A DNA stretch of 63,001 bases, filler included, from Ministeria vibrans ATCC 50519 (taxonomy: Eukaryota; Protista; Filasterea), in NCBI GenBank assembly GCA_943704425.1. It is 6 parts of 6 records of this genome, joined end to end, with 100 filler letters (N's around TTAATTAATTAA, not from the genome) between each part and the next. Parts side by side here need not be neighbours in the genome. Positions count along the whole stretch, not along the records: positions 60,665 to 63,001 come from CALSCP010001164.1; 5 more parts are not named here. One strand, written 5' to 3'. Within the stretch, counting starts at the first letter, position 1, and every line of letters begins with the position of its first letter. Below, piece after piece: positions 62,849 to 63,001 of this stretch. The notes under the pieces were generated by a model that was not told the origin of the DNA, ran no database searches, and saw only the letters and a list, made by a program, of their open reading frames with translations. The translations under genes were made by a program, and so were the position numbers.

Positions 62849-63001
62849 GTACACATTCAAGTTCCTCTCTACCTCTCTACTGCATTCATTTAGACAGATA
62901 CTCTGTCAAAAAAGAAGAAAAACACACACACATCTTTACTATCTAAACACACATTGTTCTCACACACCGTCTCACACACTGTTCTCACTGCAACCCCCCC
63001 C

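Overview
This is eukaryotic, gene-dense DNA with short GT-AG introns, many microsatellites and five ~100-N scaffold gaps carrying a TTAATTAATTAA linker. The gene set (Runx, Sox-like HMG box, PKD, SIVA1, FBXL4-like, IPT-type EXOC2, PDE2-like, mitochondrial TilS) suggests a unicellular relative of animals; that assignment is an inference. About 27 spliced genes or gene fragments can be read, mostly housekeeping. The strongest novel signal is a Runt-domain (Runx) transcription factor whose single long exon runs through a helical region and poly-Q into a DNMT1-type RFTS/RFD domain, with no WRPY tail (47791-50958). Other notable items are a Q-SNARE motif embedded in a VWA5A-like C-terminus, a peroxisomal carnitine acyltransferase homolog lacking its catalytic His, and a Gly-rich protein with two inserted PH domains. 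There is also a candidate defence cluster (ZnF plus triple CbbX-type AAA; RING-TRAF-BTB-pentapeptide; NLR-like TPR array ending in CaaX) associated with a ~110-bp dispersed repeat, and two perfect CRE sites upstream of the Sox-like gene. All homology calls come from reading motifs by eye against remembered family sequences; no searches were run.
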